In this document: piece after piece, positions 18,050 to 26,134 of the stretch
Numbering within the stretch: position 1 is the stretch's first letter
How the letters are laid out: each line of letters opens with the position of its first letter
DNA from: Scopulibacillus cellulosilyticus
Lineage (GTDB): Bacteria; Bacillota; Bacilli; Bacillales; Sporolactobacillaceae
NCBI RefSeq assembly: GCF_042665295.1
Contig: NZ_JBHTCO010000003.1
Coordinates: forward strand, 80,298-112,297
Length of the DNA stretch: 32,000 bases
Reading direction: 5' to 3'
Notes under the pieces: generated by a model
Told to the model about the DNA's origin: nothing
Database searches by the model: none
The model's input: the letters and a program-made list of their open reading frames with translations, nothing else
Program-made: the position numbers and the translations under genes

Positions 18050-18096
18050 TCCGTTCTCTCACTTTCTATCAGGACTTGTTCAAAAGCTGTGTTGAT

Positions 18097-19074
18097 TTAC
18101 TTCTTATTTTTAAATACATCCGGATAAACCATTTGAGCCATTTCCTCTAAGCCGTCAACCAACCTTGGGCCCGGGCGATTAACAAGGTCACTGTTCACAT
18201 CATAGACTTGCTTATTTTTAACAGCGGCAACATTACCCCAGCCTGGACGCTTCAATAAGTTCTTTACGGCATTTTTTTGATAATAACCGTATGTCGTTAA
18301 GATAACATCGGGATTATCTTTCACAATTGACTCTTCCGATATCTTCACCCAGCCTTTTTGATTAGCAGCAACATTTTTCGCATGAATGATATTCAGCATT
18401 TCATTCATAAAGGTTCCCTGACCGGCGGTATAAATATCCGGGGACCCCGAAACCTCAATATAGACCCGTTTTTCTTTATCTTTAGGCACTTGCTTCGCTT
18501 TTTCTTGAATAGCAGCCACTTTCGATTTCATATCGTTTATGATTTGATCCGCTTTTTTATTTGTCCCTGTCGCTTGTCCAATCATTTGAATAGATTGATA
18601 GACTTGATTGAAGCTTTCTGCATCATTCACAACAAGAACCGGAATACCTGCCTCACGAAGCTGCTTTAAGCCGTCCCGGCTGTTATGAGCAGATGATGCA
18701 TGAGCTAAGACAAGATCAGGTTTTAACGAGATTATCTTTTCCACATTCATGTTTTCCCCGCCGATTTTTGTCTTTTTAAGAGCGGCTTTAGGATAATTAT
18801 CAAAATCTGAGACACCAACTATTTGCTTGTTCAAACCTAAATCAAAGGCAATTTCTGTATTGCTTGGAATAAGCGAGACGATTCTTTTAGGCTTATGTTT
18901 AATCGTTACCTTATCCCCGAGACCATCTTTAATTGTTACCGGAAAGGCCGTTTGTTCGGTTTTGGATTGACTGTTTTTGTTAGCTTTTTGGTCATTATTG
19001 CTTGTTCCGCACCCTGCTAATAAGCCAAAAATGACCATAAGCGTTAAGAATAACGCCAGTAATCTTTTTTTCAC
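18097..19074 (-). CDS. ABC-transporter substrate-binding lipoprotein, BtuF/FecB class (probable corrinoid binding)
   Basis: Signal peptide plus lipobox LLAGCG and a class-8 PBP-like layout. It is the first gene after the cobalamin riboswitch. No permease or ATPase genes are adjacent. Confidence 0.8.
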   Translation of the reverse strand: MKKRLLALFLTLMVIFGLLAGCGTSNNDQKANKNSQSKTEQTAFPVTIKDGLGDKVTIKHKPKRIVSLIPSNTEIAFDLGLNKQIVGVSDFDNYPKAALKKTKIGGENMNVEKIISLKPDLVLAHASSAHNSRDGLKQLREAGIPVLVVNDAESFNQVYQSIQMIGQATGTNKKADQIINDMKSKVAAIQEKAKQVPKDKEKRVYIEVSGSPDIYTAGQGTFMNEMLNIIHAKNVAANQKGWVKISEESIVKDNPDVILTTYGYYQKNAVKNLLKRPGWGNVAAVKNKQVYDVNSDLVNRPGPRLVDGLEEMAQMVYPDVFKNKK

Positions 19075-19107
19075 TGAAAGTTCCCCCTCGTCTGTTTAAT
19101 GGCATTA

Positions 19108-19430
19108 AAAAAACATCCCCTGCCTATTGGAGATGCGCCGCGTGTGTTAAAAACATAAGAAATCCTCATTATTTTAAATAATGTGCACTGTTTTTAAACA
19201 ACACCTCCCTATCCGCGTAGGCCATTGGTGTTCTGAATCAGGCAGGTCTCCTGGCTCATGGTCATTGCAGTCTAAACCTTCCCATATGAACACTTAACTT
19301 CGTTAAGCGTTTCGATCATACAGTGGCATTCTTAGACCGCTTTCCATTTACAGTGGCGGGACCGCGTTGGACTTTCACCAACTTCCCTTTTAAGCTGCAA
19401 GCAAAGCTTTCAGCACCTGAATCATAACCT
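19108..19430 (-). promoter_or_regulatory. cobalamin riboswitch with terminator
   Basis: Minus strand reads AAAAGGGAAGTTGGTGAAAGTCCAACGCGGTCCCGCCACTGTAA, which includes the B12 box GCCACTG. Downstream are GGGAAGG and GCCAGGAGACCTGCC. The terminator is CATCTCC-N9-GGGGATG followed by T7. Confidence 0.9.
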
Positions 19431-19477
19431 ATGTACTTTTTGGCTTAATATCTATTATACTAAGGTTTCCTAAAATT

Positions 19478-20848
19478 TTATATATTTCTCCTAACTTTTT
19501 TAGAACTGTAAGAAATAAGTATGAGAGATATTAATCCGCTGACAACAAAAGCCAGGATGACTCCTAAACTGCTGTCCCTGAATATCCCTATAGCAAACGG
19601 TCCGTTAAAAAACGGTGAATTTGTAAATAACAGCCCGAAGACAACCCCTATCAACCAACTAAATACACCTCGATAGTTTACTTGATTATAATCCTTATCC
19701 GTCAGCAGCCTTAATTCATAGCCCTCTCGCTTTCTTATACAAATATAATCAATAAGGAATGTTGCGGCCCATGATGCAAGCCCAACCCCAAGGAGCCCGA
19801 GAAACGTTTGAAAATTTCCCAAGAAATTTTCAGAAATAAACAAAACATATATTGTGAAGAATATCATAATTAACGCGTGTATGGTGACAGCCGATGCGTG
19901 ATTAACTTTAATATTCAGCGTTTCTAAATTGACCCTTGCAGATTTCAAAGCAATGATGCATTGCGGGATTAAGCCGCCAAGCGCTGTTATAAAATAGGGA
20001 ATGATCATCCATTTAGGCAATCCATGACTAATCGCATCGATTGGATTTGATGATGTGGATAATCCAGATACTGAAGTCGTCATCAGAACACCGGCACCTA
20101 TTATAACGAATAAAGGAATGAACGCCCCTAAAGTGATACTTGCAAATATTGATTTCGAAGAATTATTTGGATTTTGATAACAGCTATAGTCGCTTGCCGC
20201 GATAGTCCAGCTAATGCCCGTACCTGCCATGATAATGGATACAGCCGGCAGAAAACTGCCCAGCCATTCTCCGCTCTTCATACTCAATAATTCGCCCCAA
20301 TTCGTTTTTGGTATTAAAAGTAATAAGACGACTAGCGTCAATATCCCAAATACATATGTAAACCATGTTTGAATCTTTACAAGCGTTTCTTGACCAAAAA
20401 TACTTGATACAATAATTAAAGCTGAAAAAATAATTAAGCTGATGACTGTTAACGTTTTAGTAGAACTAAAACCAAAAGCGCCAAATAGAGATAATAAAGT
20501 TAATGTACCTGTTACAACACCGACTGACAGCCACCCTGCAAGGTTTATCCATCCAATTAAAGTAGGGATATAGTTTCCTTTTATTCCGAAGGCTGCCCTC
20601 GACAATACAAAGGTCGATGCCCCAGCCCCCTTTCCAGGTATACCTAAATACCCTACCAATGCAAAAGATAGAGAACCGACAGCCGCGGCTAAAAGGCATT
20701 GTAAAAAACTCAGTTTGAAACTAACGAGAATAGCGCCATAAACCAATCCTAAAATGCCAATATTTGAAGCAAACCATATGAAAAAAAGCTCTTTTTGTTT
20801 TCCGGTTCTTTTTTCCAGCGGCAGTATAACCGGCTTATTATTGTCCAT
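19478..20848 (-). CDS. NCS1 family (purine-cytosine / nucleobase-type) permease
   Basis: Polytopic. N-terminal ...EKRTGKQKELFFIWFASNIGILGL... is typical of CodB/CytX-like NCS1 carriers. Start moved to ATG 20848 (TGGGGGA SD). The substrate cannot be inferred. Confidence 0.75.
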   Translation of the reverse strand: MDNNKPVILPLEKRTGKQKELFFIWFASNIGILGLVYGAILVSFKLSFLQCLLAAAVGSLSFALVGYLGIPGKGAGASTFVLSRAAFGIKGNYIPTLIGWINLAGWLSVGVVTGTLTLLSLFGAFGFSSTKTLTVISLIIFSALIIVSSIFGQETLVKIQTWFTYVFGILTLVVLLLLIPKTNWGELLSMKSGEWLGSFLPAVSIIMAGTGISWTIAASDYSCYQNPNNSSKSIFASITLGAFIPLFVIIGAGVLMTTSVSGLSTSSNPIDAISHGLPKWMIIPYFITALGGLIPQCIIALKSARVNLETLNIKVNHASAVTIHALIMIFFTIYVLFISENFLGNFQTFLGLLGVGLASWAATFLIDYICIRKREGYELRLLTDKDYNQVNYRGVFSWLIGVVFGLLFTNSPFFNGPFAIGIFRDSSLGVILAFVVSGLISLILISYSSKKVRRNI

Positions 20849-20980
20849 TTTAAAAATTCCCCCATTTTTGGATTCCGCAGCCTTAGAATTTTCAAACCAT
20901 TCAAAATGGAAATTTTCCAATTGACATTATAACCTAAACGCTTTATTGTAAGATAGTATTAAAAATGAATTTAAAGTGAT

Positions 20981-21120
20981 TGTTCAAAAAGGAGGAACGA
21001 GCGTTACATCTCGAACTACTACGAGTTGCGACGAGAAGCGGCAATACTTCTGTGAGTAATCTTCGGCGCAGGAGCACTATACCGCTTCGACAGCTATTTT
21101 TCCCGGACTGTTTGAACATC
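20981..21120 (+). repeat. long copy (B) of the hairpin/TIR repeat family
   Basis: Left arm TGTTCAAAAAGGAGGAAC. Right arm TTCGACAGCTATTTTTCCCGGACTGTTTGAACATC (21086..21120) is identical but for 1 nt to 30605..30639. The G+C-richer core differs from copy C. Confidence 0.75.
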
Positions 21121-21132
21121 TTCTAAATAAAT

Positions 21133-21299
21133 CTTCTTATCAAGAGAGACAGAGGGACTGGCCCGATGAAGTCTCGGCAGCGGACTCCACAGAGAGTGCT
21201 GTGCCAAATCCAGCAAGCTTTAGGCTTGGAAGATAAGAAGGGCGTTTCTTATATATTTTATAAGACCTCTTCTTATTGGAAAGATGAGGTCTTTTATTT
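21133..21299 (+). promoter_or_regulatory. SAM-I riboswitch (S-box) with terminator
   Basis: TTCTTATCAAGAGAGACAGAGGGACTGGCCCGATGAAGTCTCGGCAGC...GTGCCAAATCCAGCA...GGAAGATAAGAAG matches the S-box consensus. The terminator is AAGACCTC-N16-GAGGTCTT followed by TTATTT. Confidence 0.9.
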
Positions 21300-21349
21300 G
21301 GCCTCTCATACTTGCATACAAGACAACTATGATTAGAGAGGTGATTTTA

Positions 21350-22681
21350 ATGGAAAAAAGTAAAGGGAACCCTTTGGCGCTGTTGCCCTTTGTTATATTT
21401 TTAGTTTTATTCCTTGGGACTGGTATTATATCCGGTGATTTTAATAAAATGCCTGTGATTGTAGCTATTCTTATCGCGGCAGGCGTTGCTCTGGCTATGA
21501 ATCAAAAAGAGTCTTTGAATAATAAGGTTGAAACTTTTTGTAAAGGCGCAGGGCATCCTAATATCATTTTGATGGTGATTATTTTCTTGTTAGCCGGCGC
21601 TTTTTCAGAAGTAGCCAAAGGCATGGGCGCCGTTGAATCAACAGTCAATTTGACGCTGTCGATTTTACCGCCAAACCTTCTTATCGTCGGCTTATTTGTC
21701 ATAGGCTGTTTCATCTCTTTGTCTATGGGAACCTCTATGGGAACAATCGTTGCCTTGGCACCGATTGGCGTCGGTATCAGCCACCAAACTGATATCTCAA
21801 TGGCCTTATCCATGGCGGCTGTTATTGGCGGCGCTATGTTTGGCGATAATTTGTCGATTATTTCCGATACAACAATTGCGGCTGTTCGTACACAAAATAC
21901 AAAGATGCGCGATAAATTTAAAACCAATTTCTTTATCGTTCTGCCGGCAGCTATTGTCACCATTATTATTCTGGCTTTCGTGTCAACAGGCGGCCATGCG
22001 GAAGTCACACAGCATCATTTCAACATACTGGAGACCCTTCCTTATCTGGCAGTATTAATCGCCGCATTGTCCGGCGTCAATGTAATGATTGTGTTAGCCG
22101 GTGGCATCATTTTTGCCGGTGCGATTGGATTATTTAATGGCAGCTATCATTTGTTAGGTCTTTTACAAAAAATTGGCGATGGCGTCGCAAGCATGCAAAC
22201 GATGGCGATGCTGGCGATCCTCATTGGCGGGACTGTCGAGATCATCCGTTATAACGGCGGCATAGACTATCTATTATATATTGTGACACGTAAAATCAAG
22301 TCGAAAAAAGGCGCTGAGTTCAGTATTGCCGGATTGGTCAGCTTGACTGATCTTTGTACAGCCAATAACACTATCGCCATTATTATTACAGGTCCCTTGG
22401 CCAAAAATATTTCAGATCAATATCAAATTGACCCGAGAAAATCGGCAAGCTTATTGGATTTATTCTCGTGCTGCTGGCAAGGTATTATTCCTTATGGCGC
22501 ACAACTCTTAGCAGCAGCAGGATTAGCATCTATTTCTCCTGTAAGCATCATGGTTTATAATTTTTATCCCATTCTGATCGGTATTTGCGGTATTATTGCC
22601 ATAATGATTGGTTTTCCAAGACTGTCACCGAGAAAGAAACAGGCAAAATTAGAGGCGAAAGAGACCAAAAATAAAGCGTAG
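21350..22681 (+). CDS. metT: NhaC-family transporter, MetT-like predicted methionine transporter
   Basis: Polytopic NhaC-type protein directly behind an S-box, the arrangement described for metT in Gram-positives. Start moved to ATG 21350 (AGAGAGGTGA SD). Confidence 0.75.
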   Translation: MEKSKGNPLALLPFVIFLVLFLGTGIISGDFNKMPVIVAILIAAGVALAMNQKESLNNKVETFCKGAGHPNIILMVIIFLLAGAFSEVAKGMGAVESTVNLTLSILPPNLLIVGLFVIGCFISLSMGTSMGTIVALAPIGVGISHQTDISMALSMAAVIGGAMFGDNLSIISDTTIAAVRTQNTKMRDKFKTNFFIVLPAAIVTIIILAFVSTGGHAEVTQHHFNILETLPYLAVLIAALSGVNVMIVLAGGIIFAGAIGLFNGSYHLLGLLQKIGDGVASMQTMAMLAILIGGTVEIIRYNGGIDYLLYIVTRKIKSKKGAEFSIAGLVSLTDLCTANNTIAIIITGPLAKNISDQYQIDPRKSASLLDLFSCCWQGIIPYGAQLLAAAGLASISPVSIMVYNFYPILIGICGIIAIMIGFPRLSPRKKQAKLEAKETKNKA

Positions 22682-22687
22682 ATTACA

Positions 22688-22722
22688 GCGGCACTAATCC
22701 AATTGGATTGTGCCGCTTTTCT
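22688..22722 (+). terminator. Rho-independent terminator of the metT-like gene
   Basis: GCGGCACTAATCC-AATT-GGATTGTGCCGC followed by TTTTCTT. Confidence 0.8.
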
Positions 22723-22793
22723 TAGTTTTAATAAAATAAAGCTTTTGTTTAACCGTTTTCCCATTGTCATCGGATAAAAATAACAGTTTATTA

Positions 22794-22823
22794 TTGACAC
22801 GAAATAGTGTATGATGGTATAAA
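22794..22823 (+). promoter_or_regulatory. sigA-type promoter of the YeeE/YedE gene
   Basis: TTGACA (22794..22799), an 18-nt spacer and TATAAA (22818..22823). Confidence 0.6.
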
Positions 22824-22827
22824 ATAT

Positions 22828-22854
22828 TAAATCCGACTAAAATTATACGAATTG
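22828..22854 (+). promoter_or_regulatory. candidate CymR-type operator
   Basis: TAAATCCGACTAAAATTATACGAATTG compared with the 27-bp B. subtilis CymR motif as I recall it (TAAWNCNNANTWNANNNATMGGAATTW). All specified positions match except two. It lies just downstream of the -10. Confidence 0.35.
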
Positions 22855-22866
22855 GGGTGATTTGAA

Positions 22867-24126
22867 TTGGCAACTGTTCATCATAGTGTTCAAAAGCATC
22901 AAGAACAGCAAACAGAGAAAAAACAAACAAATAGCCTCGGCTCTCCGCAAACGATTTTAATTATTGCCGCTGCACTTATAACTATTATTCTGAGCTATTT
23001 TTCTATTTCAATTGGAGGCATTAAGCAAGGCGTTCTGCTGTGGGTTGGTTTGTTGTTAGGTTATACATTATTTCACGCAAGATTTGGTTTTACCTCAGCA
23101 TTTCGCAGAATGCTGTCAGTAGGGAATGGCGAAGGGATCAGGGCTCATATGCTGATGCTCACTATTTCCAGTACTTTATTTGCCATTATCCTTTCCACAG
23201 GCATCAGCTTCTTTGGCGGACATCCTGAAGGTGATGTCTCCCCTGTCGGCACGAGCTTGATATTCGGATCATTTATTTTTGGCATTGGCATGCAATTGGG
23301 CGGAGGCTGCGCTTCCGGTACCCTTTATGCTGTTGGCGGCGGCCGTTCGGAAATGTTCCTTACTTTGATCGCCTTTATCGTTGGCTCAGTTTTTGGCGCC
23401 TGGCATTTTGACTTCTGGGTCAATCAAATGCCGTCGTTTAAGCCAATCTCTCTTGCAACCAGCACCGGTCTTGGCTATTTTGGAGCATGGATCGTTCAAA
23501 TTGTTATATTTGGATTGATCACATGTCTCACACTGTGGATTGATAAGAAACGACGTCCGCCAAGAGTAAAACCATTACCAACCGCAACAGGCTGGAAACG
23601 CTTCTTCCGCGGATCATGGCCGTTATGGTTTGCAGCCATTGTATTAGCTGTTCTTAATGCAGTTGTCCTAATGGTTAGAAACTCTCCATGGGGAATAACC
23701 TCGGGATTCGCATTATGGGGCTCAAAAATTGCGGGCGCTATGGGAATTGACGTATCACACTGGGGTTACTGGTCAGGCGACCGCGCCGCCAGTCTCCACC
23801 AATCAGTATTTACCGATTCTACAAGCGTTTTGGACTTTGGTATTCTAATCGGCGCTTTCCTTGCCTCAACGCTCGGCGGATTATTCCTGCTAAAGAAAAT
23901 CCCGTTCCGCAGAGCACTTGCCGCTATTATCGGCGGTCTGTTAATGGGTTACGGTGCAAGGCTTGCGTTCGGCTGTAACATCGGCGCCTACTTCAGCGGT
24001 ATTTCATCCTTCAGCCTCCATGGCTGGGTTTGGATGATCATGGCATTGATCGGTTCTTATGCCGCACTTTACCTGCGTCCGCTGTTTGGAATGTCTAATC
24101 CAAATTCTAAGGATCATTTTTGCTAA
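22867..24126 (+). CDS. YeeE/YedE family sulfur-compound (thiosulfate-type) transporter
   Basis: 419 aa and polytopic. Carries the paired Cys motifs GGGCASG and AFGCNIG characteristic of YeeE/YedE. TTG start with a GGGGTGA SD. Confidence 0.8.
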   Translation: MATVHHSVQKHQEQQTEKKQTNSLGSPQTILIIAAALITIILSYFSISIGGIKQGVLLWVGLLLGYTLFHARFGFTSAFRRMLSVGNGEGIRAHMLMLTISSTLFAIILSTGISFFGGHPEGDVSPVGTSLIFGSFIFGIGMQLGGGCASGTLYAVGGGRSEMFLTLIAFIVGSVFGAWHFDFWVNQMPSFKPISLATSTGLGYFGAWIVQIVIFGLITCLTLWIDKKRRPPRVKPLPTATGWKRFFRGSWPLWFAAIVLAVLNAVVLMVRNSPWGITSGFALWGSKIAGAMGIDVSHWGYWSGDRAASLHQSVFTDSTSVLDFGILIGAFLASTLGGLFLLKKIPFRRALAAIIGGLLMGYGARLAFGCNIGAYFSGISSFSLHGWVWMIMALIGSYAALYLRPLFGMSNPNSKDHFC

Positions 24127-24143
24127 ATAATGTTGTTATTATA

Positions 24144-24171
24144 GACCGGCTTAATTGCCGGCCTTTTTTTA
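24144..24171 (+). terminator. Rho-independent terminator of the YeeE/YedE gene
   Basis: GACCGGC-TTAATT-GCCGGCC followed by T7. Confidence 0.75.
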
Positions 24172-24189
24172 TTGTGAGGAACGGATATA

Positions 24190-24277
24190 CAAAAAGGACA
24201 CATCGCTTTGGTGTGTCCTTTTGGCATTGGCCCCGCCTACGCCAAATGCCCTAACAACCACAGTTGTTGTTCATCCT
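24190..24277 (-). ncRNA. candidate small RNA (~88 nt), unassigned family
   Basis: Minus strand has TTGAAA (24312..24307), a 17-nt spacer and TATAAT (24289..24284). Three hairpins follow: AACAAC-N7-GTTGTT, GGCATTTGGC-N9-GCCAATGCC and AGGACACA-N9-TGTGTCCT, the last followed by TTTTT. There is no downstream gene in this orientation. Confidence 0.45.
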
Positions 24278-24393
24278 ATAATCATTATAATTGAAAACGC
24301 TTACAGTTTCAAGTTAAAAGATCAAATTTATCATTTAAAAGTTAAATTATAAAGCTTCAAATGGATGGGTTTTAGCAGATTTAAACTTATCTG

Positions 24394-24879
24394 CTACTTC
24401 CCCCTATCCCCTATCGGCAAAACTGTTGAATATTTAATTTCTCTTAAGGCCAGACTTGTTTGGATTCTTGTGATCCCAAGCCTGTTAAGTTTTCTGATGA
24501 AACTCTCTAATCCTTTTCGATCTTTGTTTGCTACCTTTAAAAGGTAGTCATATTCCCCGGTTAAACAATGGCACTCTAATACTTCCGGCATCGCCATTAA
24601 TTCCTTCTCCAAAACTTCCAATTTCTCAGCTTTATGAATATTCGTACTCATAAAGATAAAACACAATAAATCGAACCCAAGTTTCTCCTGGTTTAAAATG
24701 GCGACTCGCCGATCGATAAAGCCGTCATTTTCCAACCTCTTAACCCTTGCATGTGTGGCGGGCGGAGATAAATTCAAACGACGCGCAAGCTCCACATTGC
24801 TTAAATGACCCTCTTTTTGCATTGCATCTAAAATTTGAATATCCACATCATCTAACGCTTTACTTATGAAAGATTCCAT
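24394..24879 (-). CDS. Lrp/AsnC family transcriptional regulator
   Basis: 161 aa. N-terminal wHTH LDDVDIQILDAMQKEGHLSNVELARRLNLSPPATHARVKRLE followed by a C-terminal RAM domain. Confidence 0.9.
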   Translation of the reverse strand: MESFISKALDDVDIQILDAMQKEGHLSNVELARRLNLSPPATHARVKRLENDGFIDRRVAILNQEKLGFDLLCFIFMSTNIHKAEKLEVLEKELMAMPEVLECHCLTGEYDYLLKVANKDRKGLESFIRKLNRLGITRIQTSLALREIKYSTVLPIGDRGK

Positions 24880-25112
24880 TTTATCTATCCCCTTTCAAAT
24901 CTTCAACAAAAAGCTCCAATCCATGGATTAAAATGAATTTAATTATTTCAAGAATGACATTTACCTTTTATTATTTTGAATTTCCCTTATTGAACAAAAT
25001 AACATATCGTTAATAAGCAGATCATGTTAAAATCATTTACAAATATATAGAACATTTTAATCCATTGTGCACAGCGGTTTCAATAGTGAAATGCGAAAAG
25101 GGGTTCAATGAT

Positions 25113-26057
25113 ATGCAAATTTTCAGTTACTTGCTTCTGCTATTAACGAGTTTGTTATGGGGAGGAAATTTTGTTGTTGGGAAGTCACTGGTTGGCCATG
25201 CTTCTCCGGTAACCTTGACAAGTTTAAGATGGATCATCGCTGTTGTTTGCCTTTTTCCCATTGTGTGGCGGAAGGAAAAAAAGATATTACCGCCGTTAAG
25301 TGCCATTCTTCCTTTAGCTTTAATGGGGATCACCGGGGTTGTACTATTTAATGTCTTTCAATTTTGGGCATTGGAACAAACATCAGCGACCAATGTCGGA
25401 TTAATTTCAACATTAAATGCGATTTCAATTGCTGTCTTTTCCTTTTTATTTTTAAAAGAAAGAATAAATATTCTGCAGGGCGCTTCAATGATCCTTTCAC
25501 TATGCGGTGTTATTCTTGTCCTTTCAAAAGGTAGGATGGATCTTTTACTTTCGTTGCATTTCAATAAAGGCGATCTTTGGATGTTAGCAGCTGTATGTAT
25601 ATGGGGAATATATTCTGTTTGCTCAAGATGGGCAACAACAAAGACATCGCCAATGATGTCTACGTTATATTCCGGCATATTCGGGCTTATTTTTCTTGTG
25701 CCATTTAACCTGTCTGATTTTACAGTAACAAATATTAATGCTTCTTTTATTGAATCCATTTTATATACCGGGGTTATATCAACTGTATTGTGTATGGTGT
25801 TCTGGAATATTGGCGTACAAAGATTAGGGCCTACCGCTTCAGGTGTTTTTTTGAATTTTAACCCTATCTTTACGGCCATTTTAGCGTTTTTGCTGTTAGG
25901 TGAAAAAATGACATGGATACAGGGGATTGGGAGCGTCATCGTGATTATCGGCTGTTATTTGTTCTCCCATTTTAAAACTAAAGTGATTTTAAAGCGGAAG
26001 CGCAGTCTCCCGCAGCCTTCAAATACTGCCCTTGCCCAGAAAAAGGGAGTATCTTAA
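25113..26057 (+). CDS. DMT superfamily EamA-type transporter
   Basis: 10-TM layout with an LLWGGNFVVGK start and duplicated EamA halves. Divergent from the Lrp/AsnC gene. Start moved to ATG 25113. Confidence 0.85.
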   Translation: MQIFSYLLLLLTSLLWGGNFVVGKSLVGHASPVTLTSLRWIIAVVCLFPIVWRKEKKILPPLSAILPLALMGITGVVLFNVFQFWALEQTSATNVGLISTLNAISIAVFSFLFLKERINILQGASMILSLCGVILVLSKGRMDLLLSLHFNKGDLWMLAAVCIWGIYSVCSRWATTKTSPMMSTLYSGIFGLIFLVPFNLSDFTVTNINASFIESILYTGVISTVLCMVFWNIGVQRLGPTASGVFLNFNPIFTAILAFLLLGEKMTWIQGIGSVIVIIGCYLFSHFKTKVILKRKRSLPQPSNTALAQKKGVS

Positions 26058-26079
26058 AAAGCAGATTTAAATTAAGCAG

Positions 26080-26115
26080 AAACCGGACTTACTGTGAAGT
26101 GAATCCGGTTTTTCT
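26080..26115 (+). terminator. Rho-independent terminator of the EamA gene
   Basis: AAACCGGA...TCCGGTTT followed by TTTCTTT. Confidence 0.65.
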
Positions 26116-26134
26116 TTGCACCTATACGGTGATC

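Noticed and set aside
18050-18096. Possible fourth, degenerate copy of the repeat (GGACTTGTTCAAAAGCTGTG between the SBP gene and cbiZ)
   Set aside because: Only ~10-12 nt resemble the arm tips (TTGAACA / GGACT). There is no second arm and no palindrome, so this is compatible with chance.
20849-20980. Looked for a TPP or purine riboswitch ahead of the NCS1 permease
   Set aside because: The ~130-nt leader has no CTGAGA / ACCTGATCTGGATAATGCCAGCG-type TPP blocks or purine-riboswitch junction motifs. Only a promoter-like TATAAT and an SD are visible.
24155-24547. Track ORFs 24155..24352 (+) and 24365..24547 (+)
   Set aside because: The first spans two terminator hairpins and the sRNA candidate without an SD. 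The second is antisense to the Lrp/AsnC gene.
9587-25939. Many antisense or nested track ORFs inside strong genes (e.g. 9587..9892, 10518..10904, 14161..14442, 16610..16862, 18358..18669, 21502..22008, 25358..25939, 29251..29496, 31225..31458)
   Set aside because: Each lies wholly within a longer ORF on the other strand or frame that has clear family motifs. None has an SD or recognisable domains.
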